Shown here one piece after another: positions 19,589 through 32,000 of a stretch of 36,002 nt of DNA. Source of the stretch: Thraustochytrium aureum (Eukaryota); assembly GCA_012862495.1 (NCBI GenBank), contig BLSG01000115.1:82908-118909 (forward strand). Direction: 5' to 3'. Below the pieces are notes generated by a model. That model was given only the letters and a program-made list of their open reading frames with translations. It searched no databases and had not been told where the DNA came from. A program made the position numbers and the translations under genes. Numbering within the stretch: the stretch's first letter is position 1; each line of letters starts with the position of its first letter.

Positions 19589-22500
19589 TCAGACAGCAAT
19601 GTCTTCTAATTTCTTCCGGAGCTGAACACGCACGGCTCGCTTTTCGCCGCCGTCCATGGTCAAGACACAGGAGAGCTCATGCTGGCCAACTCGCTCTGGG
19701 TGGTCTGCGACAAGCTTGATGGTGACCTTCTCCACAGCGCCGCACTTGACCGCGCCCTTGGGCTTGTCCACGACCAACGTTGGCGGGACTCCGGTGAGCT
19801 CGTACGAGCCCCCCAGTTTGGCGGAGCAAGAGCCAACCTCGAGCACTACGCAGTCCTCGGCCGCCGCTTCGCCAAATGTCGCTTGCAAAATGTAGTCCCG
19901 CATCGCAGGGCGCTTGCCGAGTCGCCCAAATCCGAAGGCGTCCGCGACGCTGCTCTGCGCCGCTACCTGGCCGCCCTGCAGCAAGGCGAAAAGCGGCGTA
20001 GACCAGCACCTTCCTCGCATCTCAACGCGGTGCTCGCCGACCTGGTTCGGAACTTGCACCTCGTATGTGCTCGAATGCCCGCAGAGCAGCTCTTGGTCTG
20101 GAGCGAAGACGACCTTTACCTCCTCCGACTTGTCCGCCTCAATGCGCGCTTCTTCTGGAGAGATCGCAAACACCTCGAGCCCGTCAAAGTTGGTAGGCGG
20201 CTCAAGCCCTTTACACGAGACGATGCTGTACTCAAGCCCAAACACGCTCTTGTTGCGAAGGTGCAGCGACTTGGACACGCTCTCCCCAGCGTACACATTG
20301 CCAAAGTCCAACATGTGCGAGCCAGCGCCATCAGAGCCTTGGTCGCTGACCGAGTCTGCTCTCACCTCGAGCACAGGGCTCACGCCGTGCCCCCGCAGGG
20401 CCACCTCCAGCGTTCCCGTCTTGCTCTCGAGCTTGAGCGTCTCCAGATACTTGCGGTTCGCACTCGGAACGAATTTGACCATGAGCGCGTGGCTGTCGTT
20501 GGGCGCGATCTCACGGAGCGCGTTGACAACCGAGAAAGGACCCACCGGGTTGAGCCCGCTTGCTCGCAGCCGAGCAGTGGTCTTGCCGTGGTTGCGCACG
20601 CGGAGTACTAGAGTCTTTGGGTGCCCAACGGCGATTTGCGCAAAGTCAAGCGCGTCTTCGTCGCAGCATACGTCGCCGTGAACCGCCACCGTCGACACCT
20701 TGAGCAGCATTGGGAGCTCGAATCCCTTTACAAAGCACTGCACATTCCATTCGCAGTGCTTGCTCCACGGCTCACCGCTCGCTGGGTCGCTCTCAACTAC
20801 GCGGCCCACAGAGGCGGGCACGTGCGGTTTCCCTGGCGTTCCTGCGGCGCTCTGCCCGTCTGCGCCCTCCACCCCATCGGGCTCCTCGCCTGTACCTGTC
20901 AGCGAATCAGCAGCTCCTGGCACTTCAGGATGGGCCTCCTCGTCGCGCTTGCCAGCTTGGTCCTCGGGGTCGTCGGCGCCAAGGTCATCGCTGGGCCTGC
21001 TGGCGGTGAACTCGATCTCGGATACGGGTGCTTGCGCCAGGCGCGAGCTCGCCGACCAGTGGAGAGATCCGCAGCCCGTGCTGGAATCGTCCCCAGGAGG
21101 GACGACCAGGTGAAACGTACGCGCGGACTTGCTTGCGTTTCGAAGGAATATGCTCTGCTGCGCACGTGTCCCAACCCCGATCGCCCCGAAGGCGACAATC
21201 GTGTGCGAGGGGATAAGCGGCGGCTCCAAACCCACGCCGCGACAAGGCAAGACGAACTGCCGGTTCAAATCCGTCTTGCAAAGCAGGGCGAACTTGTACT
21301 CGGTGGCCGCCACAGGGCTGAATACGACGTCTTGCGTGCTCGATTCGTGAGGCAAAAGCACCCCGAACCCGCTGGCCGGCTGGACGTCCACGAACGGCTT
21401 GAGTTTCACAAAGCCGAATCGCTGCGGTAGCAAGCTGCAGCTTTGCATCTTGAGCGCTACCGTTGCGGACTGGTTCGTATAGCAGGCGCCAAAATCAAGC
21501 TCGGGCGGCTCAAAGGTGATTTCCGAAAGCGTCAGCGTCGCGCGCAACGCAAATGTGACTGGCAGGACCTGGTTCGGTACGTCGATCGAGACCGGGATGA
21601 TGACCAAACCAGAATCTGCGTCGCCTGTCCCGTTTGCGACGCACCAGTCCATGACAGCGGGGCTCGGACGAAACTTGATTTGGAACTCAAAGGTGCCGTC
21701 TTCGTTGCCGTTTCGCCCTTGCACAAAGCCCATGTCAGGCACAAACTCGACCGCGCCTCCGAGAGCGGATGGCGCTTTTGCGCTGGCTCGCAGCGCCACG
21801 CTGCCGCGGTTGCGCAGCACCAACTTGCTGCGATACAGTTTGCCGCAAGCGCAGCACTTCAAGTCCAGCTCCGCCTCCTCAGTGTAAATCGGGACCTCAC
21901 TGCTCGCGCCGACCACTCCGCAAGCGAGGTCGATCGTCGGAGCTGCGGGGCTGTTGAAAGATGCCAAGAGCTGCAGCTTGGACAGCGCAGGGCTGCCGCG
22001 AACTGGGGCGTACGTCACGTGGACGATTTCCGTCGAGTACCCCGGTACGAACCCCTTGTCTTGGCTGAGCGAGAACACGCTCAAGGCTGCATTTTCGTCC
22101 AGTCGCGCAGCACTGCCGCTCTCGTCTGAGTCACTGTCTAGCTGGTTCCCACTGCGGTCCCCTTGCATCGCGGCGCTGGCCGCGCTGAAAGCAAGCGCAA
22201 ACGCTGTGTCGAGCGCGCCGTTGTTGGTTACTTTCAGGGCAAGCGTCTTGCTTTCTCCAAAGATGACCGTGCCAAAGTTGAGGCGCGTCTCGCTGAGCTC
22301 GGGCTTTACCGTTCGCTTGGTGCACCGCACAGGAACCATCATGGGCCCTGTCTTGGCGAGAAAACGGGAGGTCGAACGAGATGTCCTCGTCCAGCTTGGG
22401 CTCAAACTCGATGCTCAGCTTGCACGACAGGCCGGCGCTCATTCGCCCTGGCTTGTCAAAGTTGATTGTGAAGAAGTTCTTGACCTCCTCGGGCAGGTCC

Positions 22501-24215
22501 AGAAGCTTGAAGCTATTGAACGTGTACGAAATGTTGGTCAGCGAAAACTCCCGCGTGTACCTGCTTCCAACTTGAAAGTCCTTGAAGTGGATCACTGTAG
22601 GCTTTGCCAGGAATCCGGAGCCCTCGTATTTGCGACCCCAAACTACCTGGTCTTGCACGATGTTGCGGCGCTGCTGCGCTCGCGCCTCCTCGAGCATGCG
22701 CAGCTCCAGCACGGTCCGCTCTCGCTGAGGCAATGCGCCCGAGCCAGCACCAAAGCTTCGCGATCGCGCTTGCTGCAGTTTGCCATGGGTCGGGTTGGCT
22801 TCGTCTGGCAGGCTGGCTACGAGTCGGCGCTCGTCCTCAAGCGCGGCATCAAGGTCGCTCGACGAATACGCCGCTCCCGGCGGCGGACCGTCGTCGGGCA
22901 CGACATCCGCGGCGGAGGGAAGGGCGTTCTGCGAGCTGTCACGCTGCAAGTCCGGCCCGGCGCGCGGCTTGGCCGCCTTGTCATGCATTCTTGCGGGCAG
23001 GAACTCTCGCAAGTGCTTCGGGATGAGCTTTTCGTTGATCTCAACTGCGCGGTTCGCCGGCTGCGCGGCGACCATGTCCACGATGTCAGGGCGCGTGGCC
23101 TGGACTGTGCCGAAGCCAAAAGCGTGCGGCTTCATAGCCGTCACCTGGCTCGGCTCGACGCGGAACTGTCGCCCAGTCGGGTCGAGCGAATCGATTCCAC
23201 CGATAGTGCGCGACTGCATGTACTTTCGCACGCGCTCTTCTTGCACGTGGCGCCCAAGCGACTTTGTGTACTGTTCTTCGTAGGCCTTTGCTCGGGCCTG
23301 CTCCGCGTCCTTTAAGCGCACGTGGTCGTCGAAAGCCAGCATTTTCGCGGCAAGCTCCATCTCGGAGCGCTTGAGCTTGAGCTGAATGCGTGCCTTTGCA
23401 GCGCGCACCTGCGCCTCTTGCTTGCGTCGTCGAAACACCTCGTAGGGGTTCCCGCCGGCTTCGAGGATTTTGTCAAACTCTTCGCGTTCGCGATCTGCGA
23501 GCGCGGCGGCCTCTGCGGCCCGCTTGCTGTTTCTGCTTTGTATCTCGGCCTGGATCGACTTGGTCGAGTGCTTGAGTTGCATGATCGATCTTACCCGACT
23601 ATCGTGCTCCAACTCGTATTCTGCCTGAACCCGCGCCTTTAGGGCGGCCTTTTCGCCCGATTTGGCTGCGAGTCGTTGTCGAGCGGCGACTCGCTCGGTT
23701 CGCGCTGCGCTTATCTTGCTCTCTTCCTGGGAAGCGAGAAGGTCGTGCTCGTATTGAATAGCTTTGGTCTGCTCACGGCGAGTCTGAAGAAACTGATCTG
23801 CGGCCTTGGCTTCGTTTGCAACTCGCATTTTGCTGATTTGTCGCGCCTCCTCGTCCCGCCCAGCAAACTCCTCGGCGAGGATCTCGCCTCTCATGCCAAT
23901 CTTGTGCAACTCCATGCGTAGTTGGTCGCGCTGGCGCTCAACGCGGTTCATGGCGTCCAGAGCGGCCTTTGTGGCCTGGCGCTGCAGGGCAACGGACTGG
24001 TCGCTTGCGTTGGCATCATGCTCGATCCTGGCTAGCTGCTGCCGCTCATCGTCGTAGGTCGCTCGGTGGCGCTCCAATTCCTTTTCAGCGGTCCTGTGCT
24101 TGAGCTCGAGGCGTTCTATGTGTGCGGCATTGTTCCGGAGGTCGCGCTCCTCGCGGCACTCTTCCAGGGACTTGTGGATGTTGACAACGCCTCCGACCAC
24201 GTGCTTGCCCGGCAT
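19589..24215 (-). CDS. CFAP74: Cilia- and flagella-associated protein 74 (coiled coil + multiple ASH/Ig-like domains), ~1540 aa
   Basis: N-terminal coiled coil, ILEAGGNPYEVFRRRK, FLAKPTVIHFKDFQVG...TNISYTFNSFKL...PGRMSAGLSC...FEPK, SLLPQRFGFV, VDVQPASGFGVLLP. ORFs 22131-24215 and 19589-22405 join by removing one base in the A run at ~22361-22364; a compensating indel pair at ~21090/~21020. Confidence 0.88.
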
Positions 24216-24681
24216 GGCGTCTGCTGCGCCTGCCTCGCTTGCTCGTCAACCTCAGCGCTTGCGCCGCGAGTAGACGCAANNNNNNNNNNNNNNNNNNNNN
24301 NNNNNNNNNNNNNNNNNNNNNNNNNNNNNNNNNNNNNNNNNNNNNNNNNNNNNNNNNNNNNNNNNNNNNNNNNNNNNNNNNNNNNNNNNNNNNNNNNNNN
24401 NNNNNNNNNNNNNNNNNNNNNNNNNNNNNNNNNNNNNNNNNNNNNNNNNNNNNNNNNNNNNNNNNNNNNNNNNNNNNNNNNNNNNNNNNNNNNNNNNNNN
24501 NNNNNNNNNNNNNNNNNNNNNNNNNNNNNNNNNNNNNNNNNNNNNNNNNNNNNNNNNNNNNNNNNNNNNNNNNNNNNNNNNNNNNNNNNNNNNNNNNNNN
24601 NNNNNNNNNNNNNNNNNNNNNNNNNNNNNNNNNNNNNNNNNNGAGAGAGAGGCCTGTCTATCTACATTTGGCCGGGTCCAT

Positions 24682-27600
24682 TCACTGCCCCGAGCTCGGA
24701 GCCTCGGCGGCCGCATCATCGGCATCATCGGCATCATCGGCGTCATCGGCATCGTCGGATGCGGCCGCAGCGTCGCTTGGCTCGGCGGTGCCAGATGGAC
24801 TAGCGCCCACGAGCCCACTGTGGTTACATCCGCGCGAGCCCAACGCCTCTGGAACGAGGCCCGTCGGGCTGAGCATCCCAGACGAGCGCGCGCGAGCGAG
24901 GACCTTGTACTCTCGCACGGCGCTCTGGAACACAGCGCGGAGACGAGGCATCTCGTGCAACACCGTCATTATCAGGAGCGACGCAATGAACGAGAAAACC
25001 ACCTTGGCGGCAAAGATGATGAATAGCGGAGTGTCGTGTAAAGCATGGAAAATGTTGCGATTGAGTCGCGCAAAGATGAGGAAGCGGACCGCGAGGTTGA
25101 AGGCCCAAATTGCAAAAAGACACGTGAAGCACATCGTCTTGTGCTCTTGTCGATAACCGAAGAAGCGCATCATGCTGTTGCGCCCAACGTTATCGTCATT
25201 TCGCGGCTCCCACAGCCTTGAAACACACCCGTTGTCAGACAGAATTCACGCGCCACTTTGAGCAGCCACAGCAGGCGGCTCCTCACTTACATGTTTGCCT
25301 CCATAAAGTAGCGCACATAGGAGAGGCTGCAGATGAAGTTGATGAGCGGCTCGGTGTTGATCGACCCAAAGATCAGCGAGTCCTCCTGCACTTGGGTCTT
25401 GTTCGGCGCAAAGAAGGCAAAGGTATGCACGCAAATGAAGACCGCCAAAGCCAGCATGTATGCAAAGTTCAGGTCGTGCTCGGAGACGACAGTGAGAACT
25501 GACCCTATACTGTGCGAACACATGTACAGCAGGTGCAGCATGTGAACAAATTCAAAGTACTTGAGGTACGAGAAAGGCGTGCAGCACCACTCGCCCCGGC
25601 GAAGGTACATCACCGTAAAGTACGAGACAGCGTAGACGTTCGCTATGAGCGCGCCCTTGCAAAGCGTAAAGATCGTCTGCGAGAATTGGTAGGCACCGAG
25701 CACCATCCCAGAGTCGGCCGCTGTGATCGCCCCGCTCGGGCGAGTCAGACAACCAAGCTCGGCGAGAATCCGTCCAGCTAGCGAGCCCCAGCCAGAAAAA
25801 TGAGCTAGCGGGTAAACTTACCTCGGCGCAGGGGCCCGACGTCGTCGTTGAAAAGCGCGCCGAGCATCCCCGACAGGCTGAGCGAGATACTGATAAAGAA
25901 GCCTCCGAGGGCCCGCCGATTCCACGTCATGTTGTACGAGCGCGTGAATCCCACCGTAGACGCAAGAAGCACCACAATCGCGAGCTCGAGGAAAATCCCG
26001 CGGCGCCACGCGATCTGCACAAAGGTGAGAAACCACAAGTAGACCTGGTAAAAAACGCCCGGCTTTGGCCTGACCGGATACGACGGGTCCCCGGGCGAGC
26101 GCGACAAGCCCCAGAGCATGTAGCACCAGAACCGGAACACCGAGGGATAGTTCTCGTCACAGGTTTCGAGCCCCGTGGCCTCGCTCAGGCGGTCGTCCGC
26201 TCGCTCTTCCGACGGCGCCCCTGGCGACCCTGGGCGGTAAAGCCTGTGGACCACCTTTCGCTCCTGCTTGCGCAACGAGTCCATCCCCACCTCGATCTCC
26301 TTCCACATATTGTCCGGCCTGCCGCGGTGCACCCACATGTCGCTGAGAAAGGTGGCGTTCCTAGTCCTGGTGCCGTCGCTGGGCCCGGCGACGCCAGCCA
26401 GAATGTCGACGAGAAACTCTGGCGGGGAAGACTCGAGAAAGTGTCCAGGGGCAGCTGCCTCCTCGCGTCCACTCGGATTGCCGTCAGAGAGGCCACCCGG
26501 GGGGGGCACCGTTGGGCGCGCGCGCTCAAAGCTGGGGATTTCGAACCCGACAGATTCAAAGTAGCCAAGAACCTCGCTGCGCGGCCCAACGTAGACCGGT
26601 CGACCGTTGTGGAGGAGGATGAGGTCGTTGATCAAGTTGTAGATCCTCGTTGTGGGCTGGTGGAGGACTGCCACGACCGCGACGCCGCGGTCTGCAACAT
26701 CGCGAAGAGTGCTGACAATGTGAAACGCCGCTGCGCTATCGAGGCCTGAGGTGGGCTCATCCATGATCAGCACTGAAGGCCGAGTGACGAGCTCCATGCC
26801 GATACTTACGCGCTTGACCTCGCCGCCGCTGAGGCCGCCGGTCTTTGAGCTGATCTGCTGGTTTTCAAGGTGCCGAAGGCCCAGCATGTCCAGAGTGTCG
26901 TCGACGATTTTGCGCTTCGCCTCCGCCGTGGCAAACCTAGGGAGGCGGCTCTCAGCGCTGAACGTCAGAGTCTCCCTCACTGTCAGTTCTGGATACAGGA
27001 CGTCATCCTGCGGGACAAATCCAACGCGGTCCAAGATCACCTCAAGCGACCTCGGACGCCCGTTCATGTACACAGTGCCAAACTGGCGGTCGCAAAAGGT
27101 TCGCGAGCGGCCCAAAATCATGTTGGCCAGCGTGGTTTTCCCCGAGCCGCTGCGGCCCAAGATTGCAGTCAGGCGGCCCGGCCGCACCTCTCCGGTGACC
27201 CCGTCCAGGGCTGGGTCTGCCCGGCCCAGAATTTGGCACCCCACGTTGCGAAAGGCGATGTGCACGGGAAAGTCGGACGCGTTCGTGACGCGGCCTGCGT
27301 GGGGGTCATTTACGGGCTGCGGTCCCTTTGCGTACTGGTCCTCCGTGAGGTAGAGCCCAAACGCGCTCAGCATCAGGCCCAAAAAGATGAAAAACGCGAC
27401 GCGCCGCGTGGGCAACACGGCCTCGCCAGGCCGGTCGGGGCGCAGGAAGCGCCCGATGGGGGAGTTGCCGCGCTCGTCAAAGTAGTAGCGAGCGATTGAG
27501 GCGGCGAGCGCAATAATGAGGTCTGCCAGCCGCTCGAGGAGCTCGAGGGTCCACAGAGGGCTGCCAAGCTGTGAGTTGGCCCCGGGCGAAGTCCCAAGCG

Positions 27601-27820
27601 CGTCTGGCGCGGCATTTTGCGCCGCGACCCCGTGGCAGGCCTCTGCGCCGCGGTGCGATGGGCTAATTCGCATCAAAAGCGTCCTCAGCCACGGTCGAAG
27701 CGGCTGGAGCTCATCCAGATTTACGGGCGGCAAGTTGGATGCCCCATCCTGAGCGATATCACTCAAGGGCGCGCCCAAAGACGCCGCCGAGAGGCCGCTG
27801 CAGTTTCGCACGACTGCCAC
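24682..27820 (-). CDS. ABCG (White/ADP1/ABCG24-28-like) half transporter; exons ~27820(+)-25822, 25720-25291, 25216-24682; true start uncertain (may extend to ~28100)
   Basis: Walker A GRSGSGKTT, GFVPQDD, LSGGEVKRVSIG, Walker B LIMDEPTSGLD, VLHQP. Splicing gives RRAADSGMVLGAY and YFMEANMLWE...FGY, matching ABCG TMD motifs. TM segment N-terminal to the NBD. Confidence 0.92.
25217..25290 (-). other. Spliceosomal intron (74 nt), ABCG
   Basis: GTAAGT donor at 25290, CTGAC 25238-25234, AAG acceptor ending 25217; joins to the frame of ORF 24682-25173. Confidence 0.85.
25721..25821 (-). other. Spliceosomal intron (101 nt), ABCG
   Basis: GTAAGT donor at 25821, CTGAC 25748-25744, CAG acceptor ending 25721; in-frame join. 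Confidence 0.88.
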
Positions 27821-28056
27821 GCGCCTCGTGTCCTCGCGTTCTGCCCTCGCTTCCCAACTGCCGTTCCGCTCCGAAACCTCAATCCGCTCAGCATGAAGAT
27901 CGACAGTGCGAACACAGAGCCCTCCAGCCGCAGCGCTTCCTCTCCACCGTCCGTTGCGCGGGCGCGCCTCTGCGGCGTCTTACTGCGCGCCCTGCGCTCT
28001 TGGCCTTGGGACTCGCGACCGCGCTCGGCGCCCGCCATCGTCAAGCGCCGAGAGCG

Positions 28057-28160
28057 GCAGAAGCAGCAGCACCAGCAGCAGAACAGACCAGCAGGGCACC
28101 AGGACCAGCACCAGCAGACCAGCACCAGCAGCACCAGCGCAGTCGATGGCGCAGCAGCAG
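28057..28160. repeat. (CAG/CAC)n low-complexity trinucleotide tract
   Basis: cagaagcagcagcaccagcagcag...cagcaccagcagcaccagc. Confidence 0.75.
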
Positions 28161-28255
28161 CGGCTCCCCTGCTCGCCTGCCCGCCCGTCTGCGCGCCTTG
28201 CTGGTCTGCTCCCGCAAAGAATGAGTCGGTGTTCCTCATTCAGGAACGGCTCGGT

Positions 28256-28422
28256 TTGTTCATCACAATGAATCAATGAATGAATGAATGGCTCCTTTGT
28301 TCGTCTGTTCATGAATGAATCAATCAATGAATGGCTCTTTGTTCGTCTGCTGTTCATGAATGAATCAATCAATGAATGGCTCTTTGTTCATTACAATGAA
28401 TGAATGAATGGCTCCTTTGTTC
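28256..28422. repeat. Tandem array of ~4 units: (AATG/AATC)n + GGCTC(C)TTTGTTC
   Basis: AATGAATGGCTC(C)TTTGTTC ends at ~28302, ~28344, ~28389 and ~28422. Confidence 0.85.
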
Positions 28423-28700
28423 GGGAACGAATCGGTGCTCGCTGCTGTTCCTCGTGGGAACGAGCTGGCGTTGTTGTTGTTGTTGTTGTTGTTGGGAACG
28501 AGTTGGTCTCCGCAGCTGCTGCTGTTGGGAACGCGTCGGTGTCCTCTGTCGTTGCTCTACTACAGTCAGTTCCTGTTGTTGCTGGGAACGAGTCCGTGTT
28601 GCGTCTCCTGTAACCTGTTGTTCTTCTGGGAACGAGTCGGTGTTCTTTGTTGCTCCGGAGGGAACTATTCTGTGTTCTCTGCTGGGAACCGTTGTGCGTG
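28423..28700. repeat. Degenerate dispersed repeat GGGAACGAGTCGGTGTT (~8 copies) with variable low-complexity spacers
   Basis: GGGAAC-initiated copies at 28423, 28456, 28494, 28527, 28584, 28628, 28660, 28684; related copies at ~28219 and ~28243. Confidence 0.8.
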
Positions 28701-29009
28701 CGGGACGACGGTGGGCAGTCCCAGAACGACGTCGAGCGCCACGCCGAGCGAGCAAGCGGCGCGGCGCAGCTGCTGGCGACTGCGCACGGCTTACAGGCTG
28801 CTCCGACTTCGGCCTGCACGCTGCTCGGTGGTTTTCGAGGGCCTCAGCCTCCAATCGCCTTGCCGTGACAATTGTGAATTTTGTTGGTGTTGGTCGGCGC
28901 GGTCGCTCTATTCTGACGCTCGGCTGGGCCGGCGGCGCGGACCTGCGAACGGCAAAGGCGGTTGCTCCATCGGGAGGAATTGCTTTGTCTTGCTGGAGCG
29001 AGTACGCAG

Positions 29010-32000
29010 ATGCGCGGACCCGCATGGGGCCGGCTCGGCGGCAGAGGCCGCAGAGCTGCGATTGTGGGAGCTGTTGTCTGCTTGCAAGCGCAGTCAAGGC
29101 CGTACGTTGCGGCTGCGGATGCTGTGACCCTGTCACCAACGAGCCAAAACCAAACCTGCCCGTTCAGCCTGGACCTGCCCGAGTCGCCATGCTTTTACAG
29201 CCAATGCGAGGCTGACCTTGAGAACGAAGACTGCAGAACATACGTGCTGGAGTACTGTGGAAGCGCAGCCGGGGAGAGTGACCCAGGATGTGCTGCGTCT
29301 GGGGCTCCAACTACTGGACCGGTGGGGGCAACCTATGCGCCGCACGTTGCTCCCATGAATGCCACCCAAAACACCACAAACACAACAGACGAGACCTCGG
29401 GCACGGACTGGCCAGAGCCAGTTGTCGCCAACTTTTCCGAAACGGGCGGCGCTGTTCTCATTCAGTTCTCAATACCGACAAGCAAACCAAATTGCTATGG
29501 TCTCGTTTTGGGCGTCCAGCATGCCGAATGCGTCGAAGATATACCCCCAGAAGACGGCGGCGCGCTCCTCGGATGGACCAGCCAAGGCGGGGAGAGTGAC
29601 GCTCGCGATGGAGTAGGAGACTGCTTTTGGGCGGACCCCTCAACCGCGGTTTTGCGTGTCCACTCTGCCTCCATCCTGGCGATCGGCGACGTCGTCTGGC
29701 TTCGCGGCGGCTTGCTCAGCTCAAGCACTTCGGACGAGCCGAAGATGCCACCCATCGGCGTTGCGATTCATGCACCTGCAGACGCGCACGCTCCACAGGC
29801 CGCCCTGGCCGCTCCTAGGGTGGTCGGGTGTGGGTCCGAACCAGTCGTGCTGGACGGTTCCGCCAGTGCGAGGGGCCGCGGGGCTACCTTTGCTTGGGAG
29901 CTCGTATCGACCGCGCCTGAGCAAGACTTGAACTCCACGGCAGGCGTGGAGGCCGACCTGGCAGCGCACACAGGAAAGCCAAAGGCCATGGTGGGTCGCT
30001 CGCATCTGAAACAAGGGGTCACATACACCTTCAGGCTCACCGTCGAGGACTGGCTGGGCACCCCAAGCAGTGACGAGGCGCTCCTCCTCAGGGAGGAAGC
30101 GAGCCTTCCCACAGTGGCAATAGCTGGACCACTACAGTACAAAATCTCGCGGTCCGAGACCCTTGCCCTCCGCGCTAGCGCGAGCCTCGGTTCTGTGTGC
30201 AACACGACAGGAACTGACGAGGGCGAGGACGTGCAACCATTCCTGAAAATACAATGGTATGTGTCGGGCGACATTGGGGACAGTGTCCGCGTCGACGAAT
30301 CCGATGGGCTGACCATCGACGGTGCAGAATACGCCAAAGTCCTCGATTCAGGATCTGCCGACCCTCGTGTGTTGGTGCTCGCGGCTGGGACTCTAAAGAC
30401 GGCCGGGACGCTGGCGTACGTGGCGGCCGCGCAGATGGGGGGCGATCGAATGAATGCGACGAGCGCCACATCTCGACCTGTTGTCGTATCTGTGACAGAA
30501 TCGCCGCTTGTTGTGATGATTGGCGGCGGCTCCAGGCGCACGCATGGCGTCGACGGGGTCCTTGCGCTGGACGGCTCTGCCTCAAAAGACCCAGACACCG
30601 GCGACGCCGCAGGTGTGGTATTCGCGTGGACGTGCATCGACAAGACTTTGGCTGGCAGCGCCGTGGCGTGCGAGGACCGTGGTACTGGCAGCGACCTTGA
30701 CTTGTCAAGCTCCACGAGCGCCCAACTAGAGATCGCCGCAGGCGTCCTTGCGCCAGAGCGCGAGCTCGTCTTTGCACTCTCAGCTTCGAAAGACTCGCGC
30801 ACGGCCACGTTTCTCACAACAGTACAGACAGTCGCTGGCGCGCCACCTCTGGTAGGCATTCGAGCGCTACCTTGCCCCCAGTGCGGGTTGGACGCAACAG
30901 TTCCCGCGGTCCAGGCGTCTGATAGGCTCGTACTCGGGGGATATGCAACCGGCGCAGAGCGCGTGCTTTGGAGCCAAGTCGCTGGCGACCTCCCGTCGGC
31001 GGCGTTCGAGTCTGGTTCGGCAGCTGCGGTGGAGGCATTCGCGACTCCGCTGGCCCAAGAAGAGCTGGTGATTCGGGCTGGAGCGCTGACTGCAGGTGTC
31101 GCGTACACGTTTCGGCTAACAGCGTGGAGTGCGGATGACTTGGCGTCGTCTTGGGCCCAAGTCGACTTTGTCGTGAATTCGCCTCCGTCTAGCGGCTCGT
31201 GCATCGTGTCGCCGAGCACGGGGCTGGAGTTGCAGACTTGGTTTACTTTTGTATGCTCAGACTGGGTAGACAAGCAGGCCGACCTCCCCTTGATGTACCG
31301 CTTGGCACGCATAGACGAGGACGGTCGCGAGGTCGCGGATGGGTCCGGCGAGCCCCTCCGGTTCCTGGTCGAGACCAGCTCCCCGGCGGGAACCGCAAGC
31401 GTGGTCTGGTACGTTATCGACAAGCACGGTGCGCGGTCGAGGGTAGAGGCAGGGGTTTTCGTGAGCGAGCGCGAGCTCGATGAGTCCGCGCTTGGCTCAG
31501 AAGCCTCGGCCCTCGAGGCCAACCTTCGCACTGGCGTCCTTGCCGCTGAGGACGCCTTGGAGACTGTGGGCGCGCTCGGCCGCGTGCTGCAGCGCGAGGC
31601 AGGGTCGGCCACAAGTGGCGAAGGCGCGCGAGTTTTGCGCGATATGCTCCTTGGCGTGGTGGAGGCCTCGTTCAACAGCTCGGAGGCTAGTGCAGAAGTC
31701 GTGGACGCTTCTGCAGAAGCAGTCAAGCAACTCACGGCCGGCGCTGAGGTGAACGTGTCCCAGTCGATCCGGGCATTGGCCGTGATGGACACGTTGACCG
31801 CGCAGAGCCGAACCCGAGGCGTCGCGGTGCAGTCGGAGACTGCGCACAAGGTCGCTGGGGTCTTGGTCCAACTCGCAGGGGTCCTGNNNNNNNNNNNNNN
31901 NNNNNNNNNNNNNNNNNNNNNNNNNNNNNNNNNNNNNNNNNNNNNNNNNNNNNNNNNNNNNNNNNNNNNNNNNNNNNNNNNNNNNNNNNNNNNNNNNNNN

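Noticed and set aside
28423..28700. CRISPR array
   Set aside because: Repeats are short and degenerate, spacers are low-complexity and of irregular length, there are no cas genes, and the context is eukaryotic.
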